Positions 9,218 through 19,199 are shown, numbered from the stretch's first letter. The stretch: 64,000 nt of DNA from Candidatus Krumholzibacteriota bacterium (GCA_024277025.1 JAJRWA010000018.1:56-64055), one strand, 5' to 3'. The notes: generated by a model not told the origin, from the sequence alone. A program made the numbers and translations.

Positions 9218-10204
9218 CTAGTGTCCGTGGCCTTCGCCGAATGAGTCCTTGCCCAGTTCCGCCTTGATCGTGAAGCCGCCGGTGGCGACGTACTCGTCAC
9301 CCGGCTCCAGACCGGAGCGAATCTCCATTTCCAACTTGCCCCTGCGCCCGATCTCAACCGGGCGCGGCTCAAAGCCCTCGTCGTCGACCACGAACACCAC
9401 ATCCTCGCCTTCGATCGTATGGACCGCCGTGGCCGGCACGACCACCGATACCGCAAACGATCCCGTCACGACTTCGGCCGTGGCGAACATGCCCGGTCGC
9501 CAGTGTCCGTCCGTGTTGTCGACGACCAGGCGCGCCGTCGCCGTGCGGGTGTGCTCATCGACTACGGGTGTCACGTAGGTGATCTTGCCCGAAACGGCGA
9601 AGCCATCGGCCCGCGCGCGCACCGTAACGTCCTCACCCACCCGGATGCGATCGATGTCGCGTTGATAGACGGTGATATCGATCCAGACCGAACTCAGGTC
9701 CACCACGGTGAAACCGAATTCCGTGCGGGTGACCGGCTCGCCGCGGGTCATGTGCTTATCGATAACGGTCCCGGCGAGGAAGGTCGTCACTTCGTAGGGA
9801 GCCAGGCTGCCGTCGCTCTCGATGACAGCCAGCACTTCACCCGCCTGCACGTGATCCCCGATATTCGCCAACACCTTGGTGACGATGCCCTCATAACGCG
9901 GCACAATGTGCGCCACCAGGTCCTCGTTGAACCGCACCTCGGCCGGCAACGTGCGCGTCTGGCGCACCGTCCCGGGCCCGGCCACGGCCAGACCGATCTC
10001 GAATTCCCGGATTTCTTCAGCACTCAACTGCACCACGCCTTCATGATGCTCGCCTTCTTCGCCGTGCTCCGACTCGTTGCCGTGGTCATCCGGCTCGCTG
10101 TAGGCTGCGGGCGCGGTGACCAGCGGCAGGGCCAGCCCCAAAGCCAGCAGGAACGCGGCACGCCCAACGATGGTCTTGATAGGATTGCGCATCATGTCAG
10201 TCAT
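9218..10204 (-). CDS. czcB: RND periplasmic adaptor (CzcB/CusB-like) with His-rich N-terminus
   Basis: DDHGNESEHGEEGEHHE, biotinyl-lipoyl-like half motifs, TRTATARL, WRPGMFA, C-terminal GHGH. Start 10204 overlaps the TolC stop. Confidence 0.9.
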   Translation of the reverse strand: MTDMMRNPIKTIVGRAAFLLALGLALPLVTAPAAYSEPDDHGNESEHGEEGEHHEGVVQLSAEEIREFEIGLAVAGPGTVRQTRTLPAEVRFNEDLVAHIVPRYEGIVTKVLANIGDHVQAGEVLAVIESDGSLAPYEVTTFLAGTVIDKHMTRGEPVTRTEFGFTVVDLSSVWIDITVYQRDIDRIRVGEDVTVRARADGFAVSGKITYVTPVVDEHTRTATARLVVDNTDGHWRPGMFATAEVVTGSFAVSVVVPATAVHTIEGEDVVFVVDDEGFEPRPVEIGRRGKLEMEIRSGLEPGDEYVATGGFTIKAELGKDSFGEGHGH

Positions 10205-11519
10205 TCTCCTGGGAAAGAGGGGATTCGATGGGTGTGCCGCCCAGCAGCAACTCGACGGCGACCGCCGCCTCCTGGTAGCGGGCCAGTTCGGCCGTGTAGG
10301 CCCCGCGGGCCTCGAACCAGGTGCGGCGCACGGCCAGCACATCAGTCAGGGTAAAAAGACCCTTGCGGTAGGCCTGATCCATATCCGTGACGGCCTGCTC
10401 GGCCAGAGGCAGAATCTCGTCACGCAGGGTGATTACCTGCCCGTGGGCGGTGACCAGCTGTTCATATTCGCGGGCCAGGGCACTGCGCAGGGCCACGAAC
10501 TCGGCTTGCCGCTCGGCATCCAGGCGGGTCAGACCGAACTCGGCGGCTCGCCGCCCGTCCTGGTTCTTGTTGCGCACCGGCAGCGGTATGGAAATGGACG
10601 CCACGGCTGCGTTTTCACCATTGTCCTGGTAGTGCCGGATGCCGGCCGCCGCCGTCAGATCAATCTTGCCCAGGGCAGCTTCTGCGGCCACTTCAGCCCG
10701 GCGCCGATTGGCTTCCAGGTCCCACCGTTTGAGTCGCGGACTGCCCGGCAGTCGGGCGCTCAGTTCCGCCCAGGACGGAGCTGCCGGCACAGCCTCCAGA
10801 TCACCGACGACATCGCCGAAGCTGGCTTCAGCGCTGCCCCACAGGGCTGCAAGCTGGATTCTGGCTGCAGCCAATGTGCGCCGGGCGGTTGCCGCGGCAA
10901 GACGGGCCGTCGCCACGGCGATCCGTGTACGGCTGGCTTCGACCTCGGACGCGGTTCCCGTCCGCATCCGGCGCTCGGTGAACTCCAGATCCTTGGTCGC
11001 CAGGTTGACCATCTCGTTGGCCAGTTCGACCTCGATCTGGGCCGCCAATGCGGCCAGGAAGGCCCGGGTTGTCTCGGTGCGCAGGGCCCGGGCACCGAGT
11101 TCAGCGTCCAGACGAACCAGATCAGCCTGCCAGGCGGCGGCTTCCCTGGCCCGAGCCCGCTTGCCGCCCAGCTCAAAAGTCTGCGACAGGGCCAGAGTGA
11201 GTTCAGCCGCGTCGAAGCCACTGTAGGCGCCCGAGCCGATGAAGTTCTCCGCCTCGAACGACAGCTCGGGGTTCAGCCCCCGTCCGGCCTGGTCTGCCCG
11301 GGCCTGAGCTTCAGCCGTGGCCGCAGCATAGCCCTGCAGGGACGGATTGTACCGCAAGGCCAGTTCAACGGCCCGTTCCAGGGTCAGGCTCTGGCCTGCC
11401 AGGTTCGGCGCCGGGGATGGGTCCGCCGACGCAGTCGCCAGTACCGGGCTGACAACGGTCAGGGCCACGAGCAGCCAGCCAAGCCGGCACAAACCCGCAG
11501 ATATCGATTGGGTTGTCAT
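10197..11519 (-). CDS. czcC: TolC/CzcC-family outer-membrane efflux protein
   Basis: LTLERAVELALRYNPSL, NPELSFEAEN, LSQTFELGGKRRAR, AYRKGLFTLTDVL. Confidence 0.92.
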   Translation of the reverse strand: MTTQSISAGLCRLGWLLVALTVVSPVLATASADPSPAPNLAGQSLTLERAVELALRYNPSLQGYAAATAEAQARADQAGRGLNPELSFEAENFIGSGAYSGFDAAELTLALSQTFELGGKRARAREAAAWQADLVRLDAELGARALRTETTRAFLAALAAQIEVELANEMVNLATKDLEFTERRMRTGTASEVEASRTRIAVATARLAAATARRTLAAARIQLAALWGSAEASFGDVVGDLEAVPAAPSWAELSARLPGSPRLKRWDLEANRRRAEVAAEAALGKIDLTAAAGIRHYQDNGENAAVASISIPLPVRNKNQDGRRAAEFGLTRLDAERQAEFVALRSALAREYEQLVTAHGQVITLRDEILPLAEQAVTDMDQAYRKGLFTLTDVLAVRRTWFEARGAYTAELARYQEAAVAVELLLGGTPIESPLSQEND

Positions 11520-11622
11520 CAATTCACCTCGTCGTGGGTAGTAGTTGGACCGGACCGGTGCGCGCGCGCCAGCGGACGCACCCGTCAACCAGTCATCAGA
11601 GATATCCAGGCAGGAATCAGGC

Positions 11623-11973
11623 TCAACAGAGCAAAGGCAGGGATCCGTCGCTCAGAGTCAGGCAAAACATGGTAAGAGAAGGCAGCACGACCGGCTGCGG
11701 ATCAAGGCTTGGCTGAGGCGCCGTCGCAGGCTCGACCAACTCGGCGGCCCCCGTCAGCGAGGCACCATTGAGCAGGTCTTCGGGGCGGGTATCGTCACTG
11801 CGCAGACCGACCGCCAGAATCTGGCAGGGGTCCGTGGAACAGGACAACTCGTGCCGGCACTCACTGGATTCCTCACAAATGCAGGAATGGACCAGGACCC
11901 CCACACCGCACAGAAACGGCGCCAGGAGCAGGGTCCAGAATGACAACACGACAATGCCGTTCTTGGCTTTCAT
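11623..11973 (-). CDS. Small Cys/His-rich exported protein heading the czc operon (CzcI-like position)
   Basis: Hydrophobic N-terminus, then LCGVGVLVHSCICEESSECRHELSCSTDPC and a Pro-rich tail. Confidence 0.65.
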   Translation of the reverse strand: MKAKNGIVVLSFWTLLLAPFLCGVGVLVHSCICEESSECRHELSCSTDPCQILAVGLRSDDTRPEDLLNGASLTGAAELVEPATAPQPSLDPQPVVLPSLTMFCLTLSDGSLPLLC

Positions 11974-12132
11974 TGGCGGAAAGATAAGCGATTGTTGAAA
12001 AATGGCAACCGATTAGGTGGGACTACTCTGGTCAAGGCACACTCCCGTTTGCAAAGGGTTCAGGGGATTCATTCGGCCAAACCCGACAATTTTTAAATGG
12101 TTTCCAGAATTATTTTCGCTGGCCGGATTTTT

Positions 12133-12912
12133 CTAGCGGCGCGACCTCAACAACGGCCGCCACAACTGCGCCAGGAATCCGGCAGGAAACCGTGCCAGGC
12201 CCGGGAAACCCAGTGCCGCGGGCTGCTCCCGATCCGCTGGCGCGTACGCCGTCCCGAACAGCCAGTCCCACAGGCTCAGATTGATGCCGAAGTTGCACCC
12301 GTACTGGCCGTGCAGTTCCCGGTCGTGGTGCCAGATGTGCATGGTCGGATGGTTCAGCAAATAGCGCAGCGGGCCGAGCGTCACTTTCAGATTCGCGTGA
12401 TTGAAATGGCCCATGGCCGTGGAAAAGACATCCAGGGCGAACAGAACCGGCCAGTCGAAACCCAACAGCAACAGGGGCACATACTGCGCCGCCTTGTAGA
12501 CCACGACTTCCACCCAGTGGAAGCGCATGTTGCCGATCCAGTCCATCTCCACGATGGAATGGTGTACCCGATGAATGGACCACAACCACGGTACCCGATG
12601 CATCAGGACGTGCACGCCCCAGCGAATGAAATCCATGGCGAAGAAGGCGAGCAGAAACTGGGCCCACCAGGGCCAGGCCGCCACATGCCCCCGGCCCATG
12701 ACCGGCACCACAACCCGGTCGACCAACGCCTCGATCCGGCCACTGAATGGTGCGAGCAGCAGAGCCAGAACATAGCCATTGAAAACCAGATAGACCAGGT
12801 CAAGACCGAAGCCGCGCCGCAGCAACTTCTGCCGGCGCCAGGGCCACAGGCGTTCGGCCGCCACGAACAGCAGCGATAAGGCCACGACATAGGCCCAGTA
12901 GGGAATCCCCAA
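12133..12912 (-). CDS. Sterol desaturase / fatty acid hydroxylase family protein
   Basis: His boxes HVLMH, HRVHHS, RFHW, HFNHAN, HIWHH; NFGINLSLWDWLFGT. Confidence 0.92.
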   Translation of the reverse strand: MGIPYWAYVVALSLLFVAAERLWPWRRQKLLRRGFGLDLVYLVFNGYVLALLLAPFSGRIEALVDRVVVPVMGRGHVAAWPWWAQFLLAFFAMDFIRWGVHVLMHRVPWLWSIHRVHHSIVEMDWIGNMRFHWVEVVVYKAAQYVPLLLLGFDWPVLFALDVFSTAMGHFNHANLKVTLGPLRYLLNHPTMHIWHHDRELHGQYGCNFGINLSLWDWLFGTAYAPADREQPAALGFPGLARFPAGFLAQLWRPLLRSRR

Positions 12913-12924
12913 GGTCGGCTCCTG

Positions 12925-14307
12925 TCAGCTTTGCAATGAGCGCTTGAATTCGGCCAGCGGATCGGCGGCGCCCGGAAAACGATCGTCGGACCCGGCCCCG
13001 TTCTCCAGTTTCAACACACCGCGCGGGCAAACCGCCGCACACACGCCGCAACCGACGCATGAGGCACGCACGATATTACTGCCCTGCTGGGCATACGAAC
13101 GCACATCGATCCCCATCTCGCAATAGGTCGTGCAATTGCCGCACGAGATGCACTGGCTGCCGTTGGTGGTGATGCGAAAACTCGACCAGTAGCGCTGGAT
13201 GATGCCCAGAATCGCGGCCATCGGGCAAAAGAAGCGGCACCAGATGCGGCTGCCCCACACCGGATACGCCGCCACCCCCACCAGTCCGGCCAGGATCGAG
13301 GCCACGACGAAACCATAGGCAAACTTGAAGCCGTGGGCCGCCGGGCCCAGCACGCCGTCGCCGGTCAGATCGTTGAGCCAGAGCAGCGCCGTACCCAGAG
13401 TGATGATCACCAGTACCGAGTGGATCGTCCAGCGCTCGACCCGCCAGGCGCGCCGGCTCGGGTTGGCCAGATGCCGGAACGGATCGCCCGCTGTTTCGGC
13501 CAGGCCACCACAGCCGCAAACCCACGAGCAGTACCAGCGCTTGCCGAAGAAGTAGGTCAGGATCGGGGTGGCCACGAAGATGGCCGTCACCGCCCAAACC
13601 ACCATGAAGGTGCCCAAACCGCCCTGATGCTCGATCAGGTGGCGGATTTCTCCGGGATACAGGTACTTCGGCTGCAGGGGCCAGAAGTAGCTGAAGTAGA
13701 AATCAGGCTGGTGCAGCAGCCGCAGCAGGGACGGCAACAGGAAAGCCACCACCAGCTGAAAGAACATCAGGGACCCGGTGCGAATCATTTCATAGCGATT
13801 GTGCCGGTAGCGCAGGATCATGCGCACGCCCATCACCAGCACCGCCACGGTGTAGAGGTAGCCGTAGAGGAACCACTGATCCGACGGTACGTGACGCAGC
13901 CATTGGCTCAGCGGGTCGGCCAGCCGCGTCACGCCGTTCAGGTACTGCGGCCACCAGTAGTACGCGACATAGAACGCCAGCAGAACGAGCCCCAACAGCC
14001 AGGCGCCCCAGTTCCGGTTCTGCACCCCGGGATGGTAGGTGCCATGGTTCTTGATACCCGCCGGCGTCCCGCGATAGGTCCCGGCGACCCAGCCCAGGGC
14101 CCCGGCCGCGGTCAGGCCGTAAGTCAGCCCGAAAGCCAGCCAGCCCGTCCCCACGGTGTGCCCGAGGGCCGCCAAACCGAACAGCGACAGACCCGCAGCG
14201 AACGCCAGCCGGGACAGCCAGCGCCCAACGAACGGCACGTGGTGGTTGTTGCGCGAGACCGGCGTCGGAGCGCCGCCGGCGAATGCCGCATCACTGACAA
14301 AACTCAT
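12925..14307 (-). CDS. Membrane protein with 4Fe-4S binding domains (NapH/NosR-like)
   Basis: Many TMs, GKRWYCSWVCGCG, RIWCRFFCP, and two ferredoxin motifs CISCGNCTTYCEM and CVGCGVCAAVCP. ATGA overlap at 14304-14307. Confidence 0.9.
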   Translation of the reverse strand: MSFVSDAAFAGGAPTPVSRNNHHVPFVGRWLSRLAFAAGLSLFGLAALGHTVGTGWLAFGLTYGLTAAGALGWVAGTYRGTPAGIKNHGTYHPGVQNRNWGAWLLGLVLLAFYVAYYWWPQYLNGVTRLADPLSQWLRHVPSDQWFLYGYLYTVAVLVMGVRMILRYRHNRYEMIRTGSLMFFQLVVAFLLPSLLRLLHQPDFYFSYFWPLQPKYLYPGEIRHLIEHQGGLGTFMVVWAVTAIFVATPILTYFFGKRWYCSWVCGCGGLAETAGDPFRHLANPSRRAWRVERWTIHSVLVIITLGTALLWLNDLTGDGVLGPAAHGFKFAYGFVVASILAGLVGVAAYPVWGSRIWCRFFCPMAAILGIIQRYWSSFRITTNGSQCISCGNCTTYCEMGIDVRSYAQQGSNIVRASCVGCGVCAAVCPRGVLKLENGAGSDDRFPGAADPLAEFKRSLQS

Positions 14308-15590
14308 GACATCCGCTCCTTCAGGCTCCGGGCGATATCCCCTTCGTGGCGACGCGCGAACTCCGGATCGAAAATGGCTTCCGACAAATGGTCCAGGACG
14401 TACTCCGGCGAACGCTGCTCGGCGATCCAGGCCTCGCAGACCCGCTGCCGCAAGCGGATGCCAAAGGCGTTGAAACCGACCACCCGGCACTCGTCCATCA
14501 CCAGGCGCAACGCATGCCGCCGGTCGGCGTGCTGCCAGTAGAGCGTGCGCCGGCAGTCCGGGTCAGGTTCCTCCAGCGTGCTGGGCACCTGCCCGTAGGT
14601 GTGCCATTCCAGGTCGAATAACTTGGCCGAATTGAACCAGATGCCGCGGTCGTAGCTCACGTCCCGGCCGGCAATGTTCTGACCGACGACTTCGCCGTGC
14701 ATTCTTCCGGTGTACCACAGCTGTTCGATCCGGTTGCGCTCACCCTCCGGCGTGACGATCTCGGCGCAGTCCCCGGCGGCGAACACACCAGCGACCTGGG
14801 TGCGAAATCCGAAATCCACCAGCACGCCGCGCCCGACCGGAATGTCGGATCCCGCCAGGGCCGACAGGTTGGGACTGACGCCTGCGGTCAAGCCCACCAG
14901 CTCACATTCGATACGCTCACCCCCGGCGGTGGTCACGGCACAAACCCGGCCACCGCCGTCGTCGACGATCTCCTTCAGCTCCACGCCCAGGCGCAGATCG
15001 ATCCCGTTCTCACGGATCACCTCACTGACCAGAGTCGATTCCTCCACCGGCAGGATATTGTTCCAGTATGAGCCTTCGCGGGCCAGGATGGTCACCGGCA
15101 CGCCACGCGAATGCAGCATCTCGGCCAACTCGACACCGATTAATCCCCCGCCGACTATGACGGCCCGCCGGATGCGGCCGGAGGCCACCTCCAGCCGCTC
15201 AAGGTCCTGTAGATTGTACATACCCTGCACGCCCGCGAGGTCCTGTCCCGGCCAGCCGAACCTGTTGGGCTGAGAACCGGTGGCCAACAGCAGCCGGTCG
15301 TAGGCCAACGGTTCGCCGTTGTCCAACTGGACCTGCTGCGACGATGTGTCGATCGCGGTCACGCAGGCCCGCCGCAAGTCCAACCGCCGGGTGGCCCAGA
15401 AATCAGGCGGGTAGGGCTGGGTGTCCGCCAGGCTCATGTGTCCCATGTACACGTACATCAGGGCGGTGCGCGAGAAAAAATGGTCAGACTCGGCCGAAAC
15501 CATGGTCACCGTCCAGTCAGGCTGCAGCTTCCGGATGGTCAGGGCGGCAGTCACACCGGTGATGCCGTTGCCCACAATAACTACGCGCAA
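14304..15590 (-). CDS. NAD(P)/FAD-dependent oxidoreductase
   Basis: VIVGNGITG, YDRLLLATGS, IVGGGLIGVE, VFAAGDCAE. Confidence 0.92.
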   Translation of the reverse strand: MRVVIVGNGITGVTAALTIRKLQPDWTVTMVSAESDHFFSRTALMYVYMGHMSLADTQPYPPDFWATRRLDLRRACVTAIDTSSQQVQLDNGEPLAYDRLLLATGSQPNRFGWPGQDLAGVQGMYNLQDLERLEVASGRIRRAVIVGGGLIGVELAEMLHSRGVPVTILAREGSYWNNILPVEESTLVSEVIRENGIDLRLGVELKEIVDDGGGRVCAVTTAGGERIECELVGLTAGVSPNLSALAGSDIPVGRGVLVDFGFRTQVAGVFAAGDCAEIVTPEGERNRIEQLWYTGRMHGEVVGQNIAGRDVSYDRGIWFNSAKLFDLEWHTYGQVPSTLEEPDPDCRRTLYWQHADRRHALRLVMDECRVVGFNAFGIRLRQRVCEAWIAEQRSPEYVLDHLSEAIFDPEFARRHEGDIARSLKERMS

Positions 15591-15892
15591 GATCTTGCTC
15601 CCTGGTTGACACCGCCGGCTGTCCGGTTCATGGCCTGCTCCCCACTATAGATCCATCCGGGCCGGGTCACACCAATTCTCCCGGCAACGGGCGGCCCGGC
15701 CCGCCCGAATCGCCGGCCATGAGTGTCGTGCAACACGAAATTATTACAGAAAAATGATTTTCAGCTACCACCCAGACCCACCCATGTCGTATAATTGGGA
15801 GGCTTCAACAGGAAGCTATATCCTTTATTAGCCCAACTGGCGGCCATCTCGCTTGGCTGGCAGCCGACAAACATCAGCTCAGGAGGACACCA

Positions 15893-16552
15893 ATGAAGCG
15901 CATCGCTATTGCCCTGCTTTTGGTCATGATCGCCACGACCGCCCAAGCGACCACCATCGAGGATATGCAGACCGGTCTGGTGACCATTGGCGACGCCGTC
16001 ACCCTCTCGGGTGTCGTCGTGACCGCGGCCCGTTACAACGGCGTCTACGTCGCCGAGGCTCCCTATGGCACCTACCAGCAGATCTGGGTCTACACCGGCA
16101 CCGACCCCATGGCCGTTCCCGGTGACATGGTCGATGTGGCCGGCACCTATGCCGAATACTACGACCTGTCCGAGGTCGACGGCGGTACCGTCTCGGTGGT
16201 CGGCTCGGCTGTCATTCCGGCTCCGATCGTTGTGCCGGCCGCTACCCTGGTCGCCGACGGCGAACCCTATGAAAGCTGCATCATCTCCATTCCCGACATG
16301 ATGACCGTCACGGCCATCAACAGCTATGGCGAATGGGAAGTCACCGCTCTTGACGGTTCCGTGATGATCTTCGATGACTTCTGGTTCGATGACACGACCG
16401 TTGCGCTGGGAGATTGCTACAGCAACGTCACCGGAGCCTTGACCTACAGCTACGGTGCCTTCAAGGTCGAGCCCTTTGTCGACGGCATCACCGGTTGCCC
16501 GGTTGAGAACGAGTCGGTCAGTTTCGGCACGATGAAGTCCCTGTATCGGTAA
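15893..16552 (+). CDS. Secreted acidic protein (tandem OB-fold-like) with short C-terminal tail motif
   Basis: RBS AGGAGG, signal peptide ending AQA, TIEDMQTG...VTLSGVVVTA...PGDMVDVAGTYAEYYDLSEV...GEPYESCII, ends PVENESVSFGTMKSLYR. Confidence 0.75.
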   Translation: MKRIAIALLLVMIATTAQATTIEDMQTGLVTIGDAVTLSGVVVTAARYNGVYVAEAPYGTYQQIWVYTGTDPMAVPGDMVDVAGTYAEYYDLSEVDGGTVSVVGSAVIPAPIVVPAATLVADGEPYESCIISIPDMMTVTAINSYGEWEVTALDGSVMIFDDFWFDDTTVALGDCYSNVTGALTYSYGAFKVEPFVDGITGCPVENESVSFGTMKSLYR

Positions 16553-16572
16553 TTCCGCACGCGGACGACTGC

Positions 16573-16603
16573 GGGACCCGGCGTCATGCCGGGTCCCTTT
16601 TTT
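16573..16603 (+). terminator. Rho-independent terminator
   Basis: GGGACCCGGC-GTCAT-GCCGGGTCCC followed by TTTTTT. Confidence 0.92.
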
Positions 16604-16664
16604 GCGCACGGTGTGCTAGGCTGAACCGGTGCTCAGCGACAACCTCCCCGCGAAAGGATCCCGA

Positions 16665-17813
16665 TTGACCGCTCCCCTGATCTCACCCGAACAGACCTGG
16701 GCCGTCTGGGCCGTGCTGCTGGGCGCCGCCGCCTTCGGTTTCCTGGCTGAGAACACACGTCCGGGGCGCAAGGTCTCGGGCGCGATCCTGACCATGGGTG
16801 TCACCTTCACTCTGTCCAATGTGGGAGTCATCCCCGCCGACCAGGTGCCGGCCTACGATATCGTCTGGGGATATCTCGTGCCGCTGGCCATCCCCCTGCT
16901 CCTGTTCCGGGCCGATCTGCGCCGCATTCTGCGCGAAGCCGGCCCCACCCTGGTCGCCTTCCTCATCGGCGCCGTGGGCACGATCATCGGGACGATCGTC
17001 GCCTACCAGGTGGTGCCCCTGGGCGAGGAGGGCTGGCGGCTGGCCGCCATCTTCTCGGCCACCTACATCGGCGGCAGCATGAACTACGCGGCGGCCGCCG
17101 AGGCGGTGGGCCTGCACTCGGGCGATCTGCTGAGTGCCGGTGTGGCAGCCGACAATCTGGTGATGGCCCTGTATTTCCTGGTGCTCTTCGCCCTGCCCGG
17201 CATCGCCACCCTGCGCGCCCGCTACCCGAAGCGGCATCACGCCCTGGCCGAGGGGTCGGCCGAACTGGAAGCCAGCCGGCAGGAGGCCGCATCCTTCCCG
17301 CCGGTGGGCACAACGGCCCTGAGCCTGGCGATCGCCCTGGGCCTGTGCGCAGTCGGTTTCGGTTTGGCCGGACTGACCGGCTGGCGGGGCAGCGGTATCC
17401 TGGTGGTCACGGCCCTGACCGTGGTGCTGGCCACTTCCCTGCCGGGGCCGTTCAATCGCCTGGCCGGCGCCGAGGTCATCGGCACCTTCCTGATGCAGAT
17501 CTTCTTCGCGGTGATCGGCGCGAGTGCCAACGTGATGGTCGTCATGCGGATCGGCCCGGTGCTGTTCGTTTTCGCGGCCCTGATCCTGACCATTCACCTG
17601 GCGGTGCTGTTGCTGGGCGGCTGGCTGCTGAAGCTGGATCTGAGCGAGCTGGTCATTGCCTCGAACGCCAACATGGGTGGTCCCACCACGGCGGCGGCCA
17701 TGGCGGTGGCTCGCCGCTGGCAGTCTCTGGTGCTGCCGGCCATCCTCTGCGGGACCCTCGGCTACGCCGTGGCGACGTTCATCGGCGTGGCCCTGGGCCA
17801 CTGGCTGCGCTAG
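16665..17813 (+). CDS. DUF819-family membrane protein
   Basis: LVPLAIPLLLFRADLRRI, ATYIGGSMNY, ASNANMGGPTTAAAMA, GTLGYA. TTG start after AAAGGA. Confidence 0.88.
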   Translation: MTAPLISPEQTWAVWAVLLGAAAFGFLAENTRPGRKVSGAILTMGVTFTLSNVGVIPADQVPAYDIVWGYLVPLAIPLLLFRADLRRILREAGPTLVAFLIGAVGTIIGTIVAYQVVPLGEEGWRLAAIFSATYIGGSMNYAAAAEAVGLHSGDLLSAGVAADNLVMALYFLVLFALPGIATLRARYPKRHHALAEGSAELEASRQEAASFPPVGTTALSLAIALGLCAVGFGLAGLTGWRGSGILVVTALTVVLATSLPGPFNRLAGAEVIGTFLMQIFFAVIGASANVMVVMRIGPVLFVFAALILTIHLAVLLLGGWLLKLDLSELVIASNANMGGPTTAAAMAVARRWQSLVLPAILCGTLGYAVATFIGVALGHWLR

Positions 17814-18032
17814 CCGGCCAACCACCCGCTAGCCAATATTCTCCAATTGCTGGTGAATATTGTTGACCGCTCCACGTAGTTATCATCGACTAAAGCCATA
17901 TCTTGTTGCCTCTGCGAATGTTAAGTCACCGGTACAGTTATTGCGTCACCCGTGGTGGGCCGCCGGCAGGGAGTGGCGGCCGCTTTGATCACGATCCATT
18001 GGCAGGGTGGTTGGCCGAAGGCAGGTGGCAAC

Positions 18033-19091
18033 GTGCGTATTCCCGGTGTTCTGGTTGGCGTCCTGATGGTGTGTGCGACAGTGCGCCCTGTGGCTGCGCT
18101 CACGGTCGCGGAACAGGTGGCGATCAACGCCTACGACCGTGTCTCGAATTCAGTCGTGATGATCGCCTGCCGGGCCAACGACCCCAACAACGGCGCCGAA
18201 TACATTTCGACCGGCAGCGGCTTCGCCCTGGACGACAACTATATCATCACCGACTTCCACGTCATCGAGAATGCCGCCGAGGTCACGGTCATCACCCCGA
18301 CGCAGGAGCCGTACCCAGCCACGGTGGTGGGCACGGCTCCCTATTTCGATGTGGCGCTGCTGAAGCTGCCACGGGGCGCCCCACCCCTGGTCGCGGCTCC
18401 CCTTGGCACGGCGGACAGCTTGCGCCTGGGCCAGGGAATCCTGGCCATCGGCAGTCCGTTTGGCGCGGAGATTTCCGTCACCTCGGGCATTGTCAGTGGC
18501 CTGGGCCGTGAGTTCTCCACCAGCGATATCGAGCGGCGGCTCATCCAGTTCGATGCCGCGATCAATCCGGGACAGAGCGGCGGGCCCCTCGTGGACTCGG
18601 ACGGACGGGTCGTGGGCGTCATCATCGCCAAGGTCAGCGACGGCGAGTCGATGGGGTTCGCCACACCGATTGACCGCATCCGGGCGATGACTCCGGACCT
18701 GATTCGAATGGGGCACCCGTTCCAGGCCGAAATCGGCGTGCAAGGCATTGATGCGACGAGCGAGTTGGATGCCCTGCTGGCCATCGGGGCCCAGTCCGGA
18801 TTCCTGGTCGAGAAGGTGGAACCCAACAGCGCCGCGGCGGAGGCCGGCCTCCAGAGTGGCAGCCGCGTCGTGGAGATGGGCAACTACGTGTACGTCCTGG
18901 GCGGAGATATCATTCTTGCCGTCGATAACGAGCCAATCGCCGGTGGACGAGACCTCGCCCGTATTCTGCTGGCACTGACAGCTGGCCGTCAGGTTCGCCT
19001 GCTGGTGGATCGCGGCGGCGTGCAGCGGCAAGTCACCTTGACCATTCCGGCGATGAGCCACTGGGGAAACACGCCCACCGGCGGCCACTAG
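18033..19091 (+). CDS. HtrA/DegP-like trypsin serine protease with one PDZ domain
   Basis: GSGF, TDFHV (His), DVALLK (Asp), DAAINPGQSGGPL (Ser), PDZ NSAAAEAGL...GDIILAVD. Signal peptide from GTG 18033. Confidence 0.9.
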   Translation: MRIPGVLVGVLMVCATVRPVAALTVAEQVAINAYDRVSNSVVMIACRANDPNNGAEYISTGSGFALDDNYIITDFHVIENAAEVTVITPTQEPYPATVVGTAPYFDVALLKLPRGAPPLVAAPLGTADSLRLGQGILAIGSPFGAEISVTSGIVSGLGREFSTSDIERRLIQFDAAINPGQSGGPLVDSDGRVVGVIIAKVSDGESMGFATPIDRIRAMTPDLIRMGHPFQAEIGVQGIDATSELDALLAIGAQSGFLVEKVEPNSAAAEAGLQSGSRVVEMGNYVYVLGGDIILAVDNEPIAGGRDLARILLALTAGRQVRLLVDRGGVQRQVTLTIPAMSHWGNTPTGGH

Positions 19092-19199
19092 GTCGTGGTG
19101 GCGGCACCGCGTCTGCGCGGCCCCGGCACCCCAAGGAGGAGACGGTTGTCTTCCCAGATCGCGAGTGAAAATGTCCGGGCGGAGGTCGTGCGCAAGGGG

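Noticed and set aside
1-12000. Metal-resistance region as a mobile island
   Set aside because: No transposase, integrase, tRNA or terminal repeats are visible, and composition looks like the rest of the window.
18240-18590. Atypical HtrA motifs (TDFHV, GQSGG) as a sign of inactivity
   Set aside because: The His, Asp and Ser triad residues are all present; the substitutions are at adjacent positions.
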